Assembly: GCA_964389675.1 (NCBI GenBank)
Contig: CAYMEV010000005.1
Coordinates: 62,001-126,000 of the forward strand
Source of the DNA: an uncultured Candidatus Sumerlaeota bacterium
Lineage (GTDB): Bacteria > CAYMEV01
Direction: 5' to 3'
Length of the DNA stretch: 64,000 bases
The position numbers were made by a program, and so were the translations under genes. Numbering within the stretch: the stretch's first letter is position 1; every line of letters starts with the position of its first letter. Shown piece by piece: positions 39,278 through 49,060 of the stretch. The notes below the pieces were generated by a model. It did not search any database. It was not told the DNA's origin and worked only from the letters and a program-made list of their open reading frames with translations.

Positions 39278-42200
39278 ATGGCAAAATCCAGGGAATTTAA
39301 AGAAGAGGGATTATTACTGAACAGGTATTATATCCTCAGGCTTTTGGGAAAAGGCGGGATGGGATCTGTTTACCTTGCAAGGGACACCTTCTGGGATGAC
39401 TCGCTGATAGCCCTGAAAACGATAAACAGGGGGATCTTCAGGAAGGACTCCGAAGCTGCCCTTTCACAATTTAAGAATGAATATGATATAATGACCCGGC
39501 TGGAACACCCCAACCTCATAATGGTGAAGACACTTGAATTTGATAAGGTTAAGAATTCATATTACATTATAATGGAATATTTTGAAGGAACGACCCTTAA
39601 TGAGCTGATGAAGTCAAAGGGCCAATATTCTGCCGGGGAAGCTGTAAATATAATTATACCCCTGCTGAGGGCTTTAGGGTTTATTCACAGCAGAAATATC
39701 GTTTACCGCGATGTAAAACCGCATAATATCATAATTAACGGTAATGGAATTAAACTTGCCGATTTCGGCCTTTCAAATTTTATAAATATTGACGACAGAA
39801 TGATAAGAGGCAGTGTATATTATATGGCCCCTGAAGCCCTGAAAGGAGATACCGATCAGAGAACAGACATTTATTCATTAGGAATCCTCTTTTATACTCT
39901 CCTGACAGGGAAACACCTGATAAAAGATAAAGTATTATCAAAATGCATTTCAGTATTAGGTGATGAAGAATCATACAATTCTGTCTGCTCTGCATCCCTC
40001 AATGAAGTAAATGATGATGGGATCAGGGATATAATTGCAGGAATGATTGCGCACAAGAAATCCGGCAGATACAATTATTGTTCAGATATAATAAAAGATC
40101 TCAATGAATTATGCGGGCTGGATCATGAATATGAAACAGAAGCAACCAGGGAAGCATATGTATCGACCTCAGAGTTTATTGGCAGGAAAAGGGAATTCAG
40201 AAAGCTTATCAGTTTTCTAAACTGCAGAAAGGATCATGCAGGGCTATGCATTGTGCGTGGATCGCAGGGTGTGGGAAAAACCAGGCTACTGTCTGAATTT
40301 AAGAAATATTGTATTCTGAATGATATTGAGTATTTCGAAAGTGAATGCATTGAATCGGTTGAAGTAGCATATTATCCTTTAATACAGATCATCAACCAGA
40401 TACTGATGAGGGCGGAAGCTTCACTCATTGATAAATACGGTGAATTTCTTATCAATCTTACCCCATACAATAAAATACTGAGTGATATGAATTTCAATCC
40501 CAGCCAGAAACCAGGGTATAATAAAGAAACTCTAAATGATATTCTTATTAACTTTTTCCTGGAATACTCTGATAATCAGAAAAACCGCGTAATATTCTGC
40601 CTGAATGATTTTCACAACTCAGACAGTAATACCAGAGAACTGATAAGGCTTTTGCAGAAAAGAATTTCAAATGATGATAAATATAAGAACCTTAAAATTG
40701 TTATGTCTATCAGGGGTATTGGGAAATCAGTATTGAGGGATATTTCAGGCGATGTTACTGATTCAGGAAGCATTGTAAGCATAAAGCCATTCACGCCAGG
40801 TGAAACAAGGGATTATATCCACTCTGTATTCGGAATAAGGCATATAGACAGAACCATATATTCATCAGTCCCGCTGATAACTGATATAGTGAGAGGGAAT
40901 CCCCTGTATCTCAAGGAATTTCTCAGAATGCTGATTATGGATAAAATAATCAATAGAAGTGCATCCGGCTGGAAGATTGAAAGACCCATTAATGATGTTT
41001 ATATGCCAAATAATATGATAGAATTGTTTGAAAACAAAATAAGGCTTTTATCCCTGAATTATTCTGAGCAAAGGCTGCTGAACCTTCTGGGTCTGATTGA
41101 TATTGGACTTGATATAAATCAGATTAAGGCTCTATCTGATTCATTTATACCTTCCAGCATAAGCGTAAGGGCTTTCCTGACTAAGATGGAGAAAAACAAT
41201 ATCATCCAGTCATTTAAGAAGGAGCATGGCATCTATTTTGTGATTTCTTATAAGCTGATAAGGAAAATTATATCAGGTTCAGCTGAAAACAGGTCAAAAA
41301 TGCATTCCTACATCGGAGAAAGATTTGAAGAAATTTTCAAAAACCAGATTCATGATTATCTTGATATTATAGCTTATCACTATTCAAATTCAGACAGGAT
41401 TCAAAAAGCAATTTACTACCTAAAAAAAGCAGGAGATAAAGCCCGAAAAAGCTTTAATTTTAAAAAGGCCCTGCAATTATATGAAAAAGCATTATCCCTC
41501 CTTGGCGACAATGAACCTGATGAAAGGATATATCTGTTATTAAAAAAATCAGTTTCACTTGAATTTATCGGAAAAACAGATGACTCCTTCAAAATAAACA
41601 ATTACTGCCTGGAACAGAGCATCAGGCTTAAAAACGACCACATGACAGCCTTATCAAGAAAACACCTCGCAAGCAATTACAGAAGATTTGGAGAAGCCGA
41701 GAATGCCATTAATGAGCTGAAAAAGGCCCTTGATTTCTTCCTGCTGAAAGCTGATAAAATTAATATTTCAGAGATATACTGCGAGCTTGGGACAAATTAT
41801 CATTATCTTGCAGAATATGAACAAGCCATGGAATATTACAGAAAATATAAAAATATTGCAGAAGAAACAGGAAATCAAAAGGAATACAGCAATGCCCTGG
41901 GCAATATAGGAAATACATACTGGAGCAAAGGCGAATTCAACAAGGCTCTTTATCATTATAATAAACAGAGGGAAATTGCCATTGAAATCGGGGATAAGCT
42001 CAGTTATGGCTATGCAACAGGAAATATGGGAAGCATTCTTTTCTATGCCGGTGATCATGAAAAGGCTTATGACTTCTTTGAACAGAAGAAAAAGATCTGC
42101 AAAGAAATGGGTGATAGAAGGGGATATGGCCATATCCTTGGCAATATGGGCGTTTTTTATTATTGCAAAGAAGAATACAAACAGGCCATGGAATGCTTCA

Positions 42201-43102
42201 AGAATCAAAACAGGATTTGCAAAGAGATAGGCGATAAAAGGGGGTTTGGCAATTCTATCGGAAATATCGGAAATGTTTATTACTGTCTCGGAAAAGACAA
42301 AAAGGCAATGCAATGCTATAAGGAAAAAAGGGATATCTGCCTTGAAATTGGAAACAAAAACGGTTACAGCAATGCAACGGGAAATATGGGGAGCATATTT
42401 TTTCGAGAAGGAGACTATAAAAAGGCAATGGAATGCTATGAAGAGCAGAGGAATATTTGCATGGAGATTGGTGACAGAAGCGGATACAGCTGTTCAACAG
42501 GCAATATCGGTAACATTTACGAAAATACAGGTGATTTCGGAAAAGCATTGCAATGCTATCAGGATAAAAAGGAAATCTGTGAAAAAATATGCGACAAAAA
42601 GGGTATAAGTAATGCAGCAGGTAATATGGCCGCGGTTTACCAGGAGCTTGATGATTCTGAAAATGCCCTGTTATTCATAAATGATTCCATAGCTATTGCC
42701 AGAAAAGAAGGCATAAAGGACCAGCTTGCCAGCTCGCTTTATACAAAATCTGAGATACTCCTTTCCAAAGGCAATCATACAGATGCTGAAAGATTATGCA
42801 GTGAAGCCCTGAATATATTAAAAAAGCTGAAGAATGAAGAACTTCTCTTTTCCCTTAAAATCCTGATGGCCAGAATAAAGGCAGTATATGATAAGGATAA
42901 TGCAATTAAATTGTTATATTCTATATTAATAAAGAAAAATACAGAGGAACAGAATGCAGAAATCTATTATGAACTTTGGAAATTAACGGAAGAAGCCCGT
43001 TTCAGGGAAAAATCACTAAGCCTGTATCATCTTCTTCTTGAAAAGGTACCAAAATATGATTATAAAAAGAAACTGGGACTCCTTATAAAGGAGCCCCGAT
43101 AA
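39278..43102 (+). CDS. Ser/Thr protein kinase - STAND-class ATPase - TPR array protein
   Basis: GKGGMG, ALK, YRDVKPHN, DFG, APE; FIGR..E, Walker A GSQGVGKT, GNPLYL; C-terminal 40-aa TPR-like repeats. Confidence 0.88.
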   Translation: MAKSREFKEEGLLLNRYYILRLLGKGGMGSVYLARDTFWDDSLIALKTINRGIFRKDSEAALSQFKNEYDIMTRLEHPNLIMVKTLEFDKVKNSYYIIMEYFEGTTLNELMKSKGQYSAGEAVNIIIPLLRALGFIHSRNIVYRDVKPHNIIINGNGIKLADFGLSNFINIDDRMIRGSVYYMAPEALKGDTDQRTDIYSLGILFYTLLTGKHLIKDKVLSKCISVLGDEESYNSVCSASLNEVNDDGIRDIIAGMIAHKKSGRYNYCSDIIKDLNELCGLDHEYETEATREAYVSTSEFIGRKREFRKLISFLNCRKDHAGLCIVRGSQGVGKTRLLSEFKKYCILNDIEYFESECIESVEVAYYPLIQIINQILMRAEASLIDKYGEFLINLTPYNKILSDMNFNPSQKPGYNKETLNDILINFFLEYSDNQKNRVIFCLNDFHNSDSNTRELIRLLQKRISNDDKYKNLKIVMSIRGIGKSVLRDISGDVTDSGSIVSIKPFTPGETRDYIHSVFGIRHIDRTIYSSVPLITDIVRGNPLYLKEFLRMLIMDKIINRSASGWKIERPINDVYMPNNMIELFENKIRLLSLNYSEQRLLNLLGLIDIGLDINQIKALSDSFIPSSISVRAFLTKMEKNNIIQSFKKEHGIYFVISYKLIRKIISGSAENRSKMHSYIGERFEEIFKNQIHDYLDIIAYHYSNSDRIQKAIYYLKKAGDKARKSFNFKKALQLYEKALSLLGDNEPDERIYLLLKKSVSLEFIGKTDDSFKINNYCLEQSIRLKNDHMTALSRKHLASNYRRFGEAENAINELKKALDFFLLKADKINISEIYCELGTNYHYLAEYEQAMEYYRKYKNIAEETGNQKEYSNALGNIGNTYWSKGEFNKALYHYNKQREIAIEIGDKLSYGYATGNMGSILFYAGDHEKAYDFFEQKKKICKEMGDRRGYGHILGNMGVFYYCKEEYKQAMECFKNQNRICKEIGDKRGFGNSIGNIGNVYYCLGKDKKAMQCYKEKRDICLEIGNKNGYSNATGNMGSIFFREGDYKKAMECYEEQRNICMEIGDRSGYSCSTGNIGNIYENTGDFGKALQCYQDKKEICEKICDKKGISNAAGNMAAVYQELDDSENALLFINDSIAIARKEGIKDQLASSLYTKSEILLSKGNHTDAERLCSEALNILKKLKNEELLFSLKILMARIKAVYDKDNAIKLLYSILIKKNTEEQNAEIYYELWKLTEEARFREKSLSLYHLLLEKVPKYDYKKKLGLLIKEPR
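41881..42660 (+). repeat. Degenerate 120-bp tandem repeats (6 full units and part of a seventh) encoding 40-aa TPR-like units
   Basis: GGN-AAT-AT(A/C/G)-G (Gly-Asn-Ile/Met) recurs every 120 nt from about 41899. Confidence 0.85.
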
Positions 43103-43125
43103 CCCGGGTATCCGGTCTGCTGATT

Positions 43126-44511
43126 CTAATTCGGTATTAAAATTTCCTTTTTCCCGTCAAACAGCAGTGTCTTTGCAAGGGGTCCGAAAAGCATGTGCTC
43201 CCTGGAATGGCCCTTCTTTGTATAACCCATCACAAGGGGTGATACTTCAGCTCCTGAAGAAACATTGGTCAAAAGGCTGTTGCCCTTATCAACATCAGGC
43301 CCGCATTTTACGCTTCTTGATATTCCTGATACAAAAACCCATTTTCCCTCTACAGGATTATATACAACATTAATCCTGGTATCATAGACAAGCTTTTCAC
43401 TTTCAGACAGCACCTTTGCATCAGGAAACCTGAGCTGCTGAATGGAAGTATCTTCGCTGAAGTTCTCAAACTGCTTTAACTCCTTTTTAAGGCCGTCCTC
43501 GTTCAGCAGAACCATATGGATCCCGTCATATTTTTTATAAAGATAATCATAAGCTTTTTTGGCCTTTGGAAGATATGCATAAAGAAATACCCCCTTTCCC
43601 CCGGTGGAATTCCATTTTTTCATTACATATCCGCCTGCCTGTGCAAGCCTGTTGACAGAATCAACATTTATCTCATTTTCCAGAAGCGTTTCAGGCCTTG
43701 AGACATTCCCCCCAGTGTCATTCTCCCACATCCTGAATGCCTTTTCTTCAAGGGTTTTGGATCTCAGATCATCTACCTTCCATGGGTTGATCCAGACAGT
43801 ATTGGGCGTGTTGTTTATTATTTCATCTGCCAGCTCTTTCCCGTAGAATTCAGGAACATGTATCCTTTCAATTCTTCTATACCCGATATCGATCGGCTTG
43901 CCGTCAACCCACAGTTTTCCGTTTTTTACACAGGGTTTTTCATCTGGGGTAATCCTGTATACTTCTAAGCCCCTGTTTTTTATATGATCATATATCGCCA
44001 CATGGGCAGATTCTTCTTCACTTTCAGGATAAGGCCTGGTAAATATACCTATTACCGGTTTGGACTGCCCTTTATTATATTCCCAGACTGAAAGCAGCAT
44101 ATCTGTTACTGCATCGAGTATTTTTGTCGGATGCACAGGATATTCAACAGAATCAGGATTTGTTTTGTGTACATCAGTGTTCATATAAAGACGGCTTGCA
44201 AACCAGTTAGGGCAGGCAGGATAGGAATTGCAGCACGGCCCTTCAACCAGCACAGGCCTTATATCGACTATTTCATCAGGCCTGTCCGGATTTACCTGCC
44301 CGGTAATAAGCACGTCAAGCCCAAGCAGATATGAATGCGGCAAGCCCATTTTTTCAGTATAATGCATGTATGCACTAAGTGCGGAGTTGCAGACATCCTT
44401 GAATGAATCCCATAGCTCATCAACGATCCATGTAGGGTACTGGAAATAAGCAGGGAGTATTCTCTCATTATCCCTTCCGCCGTCCCACAGCCTAATGTCT
44501 TCTTTAATCAT
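43126..44511 (-). CDS. Divergent circularly permuted ATP-grasp family protein (putative amide/peptide ligase)
   Basis: Motif order LD…VE, IDIGYRR, INP, K, VMK…GGKGV, IQQ, DTR, GISR, TNVSSG matches circularly permuted ATP-grasp proteins. Confidence 0.65.
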   Translation of the reverse strand: MIKEDIRLWDGGRDNERILPAYFQYPTWIVDELWDSFKDVCNSALSAYMHYTEKMGLPHSYLLGLDVLITGQVNPDRPDEIVDIRPVLVEGPCCNSYPACPNWFASRLYMNTDVHKTNPDSVEYPVHPTKILDAVTDMLLSVWEYNKGQSKPVIGIFTRPYPESEEESAHVAIYDHIKNRGLEVYRITPDEKPCVKNGKLWVDGKPIDIGYRRIERIHVPEFYGKELADEIINNTPNTVWINPWKVDDLRSKTLEEKAFRMWENDTGGNVSRPETLLENEINVDSVNRLAQAGGYVMKKWNSTGGKGVFLYAYLPKAKKAYDYLYKKYDGIHMVLLNEDGLKKELKQFENFSEDTSIQQLRFPDAKVLSESEKLVYDTRINVVYNPVEGKWVFVSGISRSVKCGPDVDKGNSLLTNVSSGAEVSPLVMGYTKKGHSREHMLFGPLAKTLLFDGKKEILIPN

Positions 44512-44639
44512 AAATTCCTCCAGAAAATTTGAATTAGTATTTTCCTAAACAATTTTAATTATAAGTCAATATATTTATTGAAAAGTAATCAATTTGTGTT
44601 AAATATAATCAGAAAATCTGTGAAAAAGAAGGAAAACAT

Positions 44640-45917
44640 ATGCTTAATATTGAAGAAATAAGAAAAAACAAGGATAAGATAAAAAACCTGCTTAGATACA
44701 GGACAGACATCTCTATAATTGATGCACTTCTGCTGAAAGATGATGAAAGAAAAGCTCTTGTTAAAGAAAAGGATGATATTAGAAAAAAGAGAAATGAATA
44801 TTCAAAGGACATAGCAAAGCTAAAAAAAGAAAACCTCAATAAAGAAGCAGAGGAATTAATTGAGAAGGTAAACAGCCTTAAAATATCGCTGGGTAAAATA
44901 GAGGAGAGGTTGTCCGGTACTGAAGATCAGTTTTATGATATCCTTTATTCGCTCCCTAATATCCCGGATGACTCGGTACCTCAGAGTAGAGATGAGAATG
45001 AAAAAAGGATAATAAGGACATACAGGGACAAGCCTGTTTTTGATTTTAAGATCAGGGACCATATTGAAATCTCAAAGATACACAAGCTTTTTGACTTCCA
45101 AAGAGCTTCCAAGATAGCTAAATCTTTTTTCCCAATGTACTGGGGAACAGGAGCATTTCTGGAGAGAGCGCTGCTAAATTATATGATGGACAAACAGACA
45201 AGGAAGGGCTACCTGGAGATAAGCCCCCCGCACCTGGCCAACAATGACACATTATTTACCTCCGGCCAGCTGCCGAAATTCGAAGATGATCTTTTTAAGT
45301 GCGAAAGGGATAACCTTTATCTCATCCCTACATCAGAAGTTCCCCTGGTCTCCATTCACAGGGATGAAACATTGAACGAATCTGAGCTCCCGAAGAAATA
45401 CTGTGCCTATACACCGTGCTACAGAAGGGAAGCAGGGTCCTGGGGCAAAGACAGCAAGGGCTTGATAAGAATACATCAATTTAATAAAATAGAGCTGGTG
45501 ATATTTTCCCTGCCCGGCCAGTCATTTGACCTAATGGAACTGCTTTTGCGAGATGCAGAGGATATACTGATAGACCTTGACCTGCATTACAGGACTGCTT
45601 TGCTGGTATCCTGCGATCTGGCACACCAGAGCGCAAAAACATATGATCTGGAGGTCTATATTCCTTCACTTGATATTTACAAAGAGGTCTCATCATGTTC
45701 AAACTGCACAGATTTCCAGTCAAGAAGGGGAAATATAAAGTACAGGCCCATGGACAATTCAAAAGCCAGGTTTCTTCATACCCTGAATTCATCAGGGTTA
45801 GCCACAACAAGGCTTATGGTTGCCATGCTTGAGCAAAACCAGCTTGAGGATGGGAGCATTAATATACCTGAGGCATTGTGGGGTTATACAGGCGGACTGA
45901 AGGTTTTGAAAGCATAA
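44640..45917 (+). CDS. serS: Serine--tRNA ligase
   Basis: N-terminal coiled coil, LIPTSE, RREAG, GLIRIHQFNK, EVSSCSNC.DFQSRR. Confidence 0.97.
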   Translation: MLNIEEIRKNKDKIKNLLRYRTDISIIDALLLKDDERKALVKEKDDIRKKRNEYSKDIAKLKKENLNKEAEELIEKVNSLKISLGKIEERLSGTEDQFYDILYSLPNIPDDSVPQSRDENEKRIIRTYRDKPVFDFKIRDHIEISKIHKLFDFQRASKIAKSFFPMYWGTGAFLERALLNYMMDKQTRKGYLEISPPHLANNDTLFTSGQLPKFEDDLFKCERDNLYLIPTSEVPLVSIHRDETLNESELPKKYCAYTPCYRREAGSWGKDSKGLIRIHQFNKIELVIFSLPGQSFDLMELLLRDAEDILIDLDLHYRTALLVSCDLAHQSAKTYDLEVYIPSLDIYKEVSSCSNCTDFQSRRGNIKYRPMDNSKARFLHTLNSSGLATTRLMVAMLEQNQLEDGSINIPEALWGYTGGLKVLKA

Positions 45918-45936
45918 AAGACTGGAGTTAAAGCAT

Positions 45937-47331
45937 ATGGAAAAAATAAAAATATTTGATACGAAACTGAAAAGAAAGGTTCCATTAATCCCTCTGAAGG
46001 ATAATATTTTCAGAATATATACATGCGGTCCGACGGTCTATAATTATCCTCATATTGGAAATTACAGGACTTTCCTTTTCGAGGACCTTTTAAGAAGGTA
46101 TTTGAAATTCAAGGGATATGGCGTCTTCCAGGTAATGAACATTACTGATGTGGATGACAAGACTATCAGGGAATCAAACAAAAACGGTGTCTCCCTGAAA
46201 GAGTATACAAAGAAGTATATTGACTCATTTTTTGAGGAGCTTGATATGCTTGGAATTGAAAGGGCGGAAAAATACCCGAAAGCAACAGAGCATATAACTG
46301 AAATGATCGAAATGGTCAGAATCCTGAAAGACAAGGGGTATGCTTATGAATCAGCTGGATCTGTCTATTTTGACATATCAAAATTTAAGGAATACGGAGC
46401 CCTTTCAGGAACAAAGAGATTGTCAGGGGATAATATAAGCAGGATAGACCACGATGAATATGACAGGGAGAATATAAAGGATTTTGTATTGTGGAAAGCC
46501 AATAAGGAAGGAGAGCCCGGCTGGGAATCTCCATGGGGCTTCGGGAGGCCAGGCTGGCATATTGAATGCTCAGCCATGTCCATGAAATATCTGGGCAGTT
46601 TTTTTGATATTCATACAGGCGGGGTTGATAATATATTTCCCCATCACGAGAACGAGATTGCCCAATCAGTAGCATCAACAGGGGATAAATTTGTCAATCA
46701 CTGGATGCATTCAGAGTTTTTGCTTGTTGAGGGCGAAAAAATGTCAAAAAGCAAAGGCAATTATTATACTATAAGAGACCTTGAAAAAAAAGGCCTCTCC
46801 CTCCAGGCATTCAGATACCTGGTTTTATCAACACATTACAGAAAACAGCTTAATTTTACATTTGACAGTCTGAACGCTGCTTCCGGTGCAATAAACAGGC
46901 TCAATGACTTTATCCAGAGAATTAAAAGCATTGAAAAAAAAGAGGAGAAAAACCCCGCTGCTCAGGTGGAACTTGAAAAGCTTTCAAAAGGATTTGAGGA
47001 AGCAATGGATGATGATCTTAACAGCTCCAGGGCATTAGGCAGTGTCTTTGATTTTATCAGGATTGCAAATATTCTGATTGATAAAGATCAGGTCGATAAG
47101 GAAAGCGCATCAAATATCATTGATTATTTTACAAGGCTCAACAGCATTTTTAATATTATGAAGATTGAGGATGATATGCTTTCCAGGGAGATATCAGATC
47201 TGATAAATGAAAGGGAAACAGCGAGGAAAAAAAAGGACTTCAAAAGAGCTGATGAAATAAGGGATTATCTAAACAGCAGAGGGATAATCCTTAAAGATAC
47301 TAAAGAAGGCGTGGTATGGCAAAAAACATAA
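45937..47331 (+). CDS. cysS: Cysteine--tRNA ligase
   Basis: CGPTVY, HIGN, PGWHIECS, KMSKS. Confidence 0.97.
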   Translation: MEKIKIFDTKLKRKVPLIPLKDNIFRIYTCGPTVYNYPHIGNYRTFLFEDLLRRYLKFKGYGVFQVMNITDVDDKTIRESNKNGVSLKEYTKKYIDSFFEELDMLGIERAEKYPKATEHITEMIEMVRILKDKGYAYESAGSVYFDISKFKEYGALSGTKRLSGDNISRIDHDEYDRENIKDFVLWKANKEGEPGWESPWGFGRPGWHIECSAMSMKYLGSFFDIHTGGVDNIFPHHENEIAQSVASTGDKFVNHWMHSEFLLVEGEKMSKSKGNYYTIRDLEKKGLSLQAFRYLVLSTHYRKQLNFTFDSLNAASGAINRLNDFIQRIKSIEKKEEKNPAAQVELEKLSKGFEEAMDDDLNSSRALGSVFDFIRIANILIDKDQVDKESASNIIDYFTRLNSIFNIMKIEDDMLSREISDLINERETARKKKDFKRADEIRDYLNSRGIILKDTKEGVVWQKT

Positions 47332-47347
47332 AAATCAGCTGCAGTGT

Positions 47348-48970
47348 ATGAAAAAAGACCAGAATTTTGTTAGAATTCTAAGCGAATTTATTGAAGATGC
47401 TATAGCTATCTCAAACAATGATAAAAAGCTCACAGACACTCTGATGTCATATTTCAGCTGCCTTTTCGGCAGTTACAGGGTGTTTATCGCGCAGGAATAT
47501 AATTTCTTATTTTCTTTATTTAATGAGAAAAAGGAATCCGGCGAAAAATATATAGCTGTCAAAAAAGATGAATTTCCCGAAATACCTTCTTCTTTCCTTG
47601 TGGAAAACCTGAAATTTAAAAGCAACAGCAATAAAAAAGAGTTTTATATCTCAACCTTCTTATATAAGAACCTTATTCAGCACCCTGTCTACTCTATAGG
47701 GAATATAGAGCCTTCAAAATGCCCGTTATGCTATAAATACCTTATAAATATTAAATCCAAGAACACCCTTTTAGGAATGATAAATATTCAGTCATTTAAG
47801 CCTGTTTTTTCCAGGAATAATCTTATATATCAGCTGAAAATGTTCCAGGGCAGTATCTCCAATCTCTTTGAAACCTTTCATATTTACAGGGACTTTGATA
47901 TTAAAATAAACGAGTTCATGAAGCTGAAAGACAGTACTGAAATGATAATTGAAAGCATTGACCTGGGAATAATAGTAATGGAGTATCACAACAAACTCAG
48001 GGCGATTAATAAGAAGGCACTTCAGATACTTGGAATTGACAGAAGCATCCCTGATTTTGACCTTAACAGAATAATAAATGACAGGTTTCATGAAAATATC
48101 ATGGAGATAATAAGCTATAACCTTAAAACATCTGAAACCAGCATCAAGCTTTTTGACAAGGAATACAGGAATCAGAATATAATAAAGAGAATTGACCTGG
48201 TCATTTCTCCATATAAGGATATAAACAACAAAATCACAGGGTTTATAATCATTATTGATGATATTACCGAAAGAAAAAAATATGAAGAAAAGCTGTTAAG
48301 ACAGGAGAAGCTTGCATCCCTGGGCCAGGTAATAGCTGGAGTAGCACATGAGATAAACACACCGCTTGCTGGAATTAGGAGTTATTCCCAGCTGCTCAGG
48401 GAGAGCATCTTAAATAAAGAACTGAAAGAATCTTCAGAATATACTGATAAAATCATAGCTCAAGTGGATAGATGCTCAACTATCATTGATGAACTTCTTA
48501 GTTTTGCCAGAAAAAAGAAAGCCAACAAGACATATTTTAATCTGAATGACCTGGTAAAGGAAGCAGTGTCTGTAACTGACACAATCATTAAGGATAAAGA
48601 GATCTCAATCAGTATTGTTACTTCAGAAAAGAACAGCATGATCTTCGGAGACAGGGGAAAAATTGAACAGGTTATATTAAATCTTGTATTGAATGCAAAG
48701 GATGCAATAGAGAAGAAAGGGGAAATAGACATCAGCATTGATGATAAGGAAGATCTAATAGAGATAGTAATCAGGGATAATGGAAAAGGTATCCCGGATG
48801 AGGATCTGTTCAGGATATTTGATCCGTTCTTTACAACGAAAAAGAAGAGCGGGACTGGATTGGGGCTGTCATTAAGCTACGGGGTCATAAAAGACCATAA
48901 TGGTGATATAAAAGTAAGGAGCGAACTCGGAAAAGGTACCGAATTTATTATTACATTCCCGAAAAGCTAA
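47348..48970 (+). CDS. Cytoplasmic PAS-containing sensor histidine kinase (NtrB-like)
   Basis: AHEINTPL H-box, N-box NLVLNA, DNGKG, PFFTTK, GTGLGL; no clear TM segment. Confidence 0.92.
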   Translation: MKKDQNFVRILSEFIEDAIAISNNDKKLTDTLMSYFSCLFGSYRVFIAQEYNFLFSLFNEKKESGEKYIAVKKDEFPEIPSSFLVENLKFKSNSNKKEFYISTFLYKNLIQHPVYSIGNIEPSKCPLCYKYLINIKSKNTLLGMINIQSFKPVFSRNNLIYQLKMFQGSISNLFETFHIYRDFDIKINEFMKLKDSTEMIIESIDLGIIVMEYHNKLRAINKKALQILGIDRSIPDFDLNRIINDRFHENIMEIISYNLKTSETSIKLFDKEYRNQNIIKRIDLVISPYKDINNKITGFIIIIDDITERKKYEEKLLRQEKLASLGQVIAGVAHEINTPLAGIRSYSQLLRESILNKELKESSEYTDKIIAQVDRCSTIIDELLSFARKKKANKTYFNLNDLVKEAVSVTDTIIKDKEISISIVTSEKNSMIFGDRGKIEQVILNLVLNAKDAIEKKGEIDISIDDKEDLIEIVIRDNGKGIPDEDLFRIFDPFFTTKKKSGTGLGLSLSYGVIKDHNGDIKVRSELGKGTEFIITFPKS

Positions 48971-48981
48971 TATTGTATTCT

Positions 48982-49010
48982 TTGACTGATTTCATATTTT
49001 GTAATATAAT
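48982..49010 (+). promoter_or_regulatory. Near-consensus sigma70 promoter between the kinase and response regulator genes
   Basis: TTGACT-17 nt-TATAAT. Confidence 0.7.
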
Positions 49011-49060
49011 GTTAACAGTAATTTATATAAAAACCCTGCAGAAAGAATAAGGATCATAAT

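Noticed and set aside
41881..42660. 120-bp periodicity as a CRISPR array or DGR template/variable repeat
   Set aside because: Repeats are degenerate, in frame and protein-coding; there is no spacer structure, cas gene or reverse transcriptase in the window.
43102..43125. ACCCGGGT palindrome between the kinase and ATP-grasp genes
   Set aside because: Too short to support a terminator or recombination-site call.
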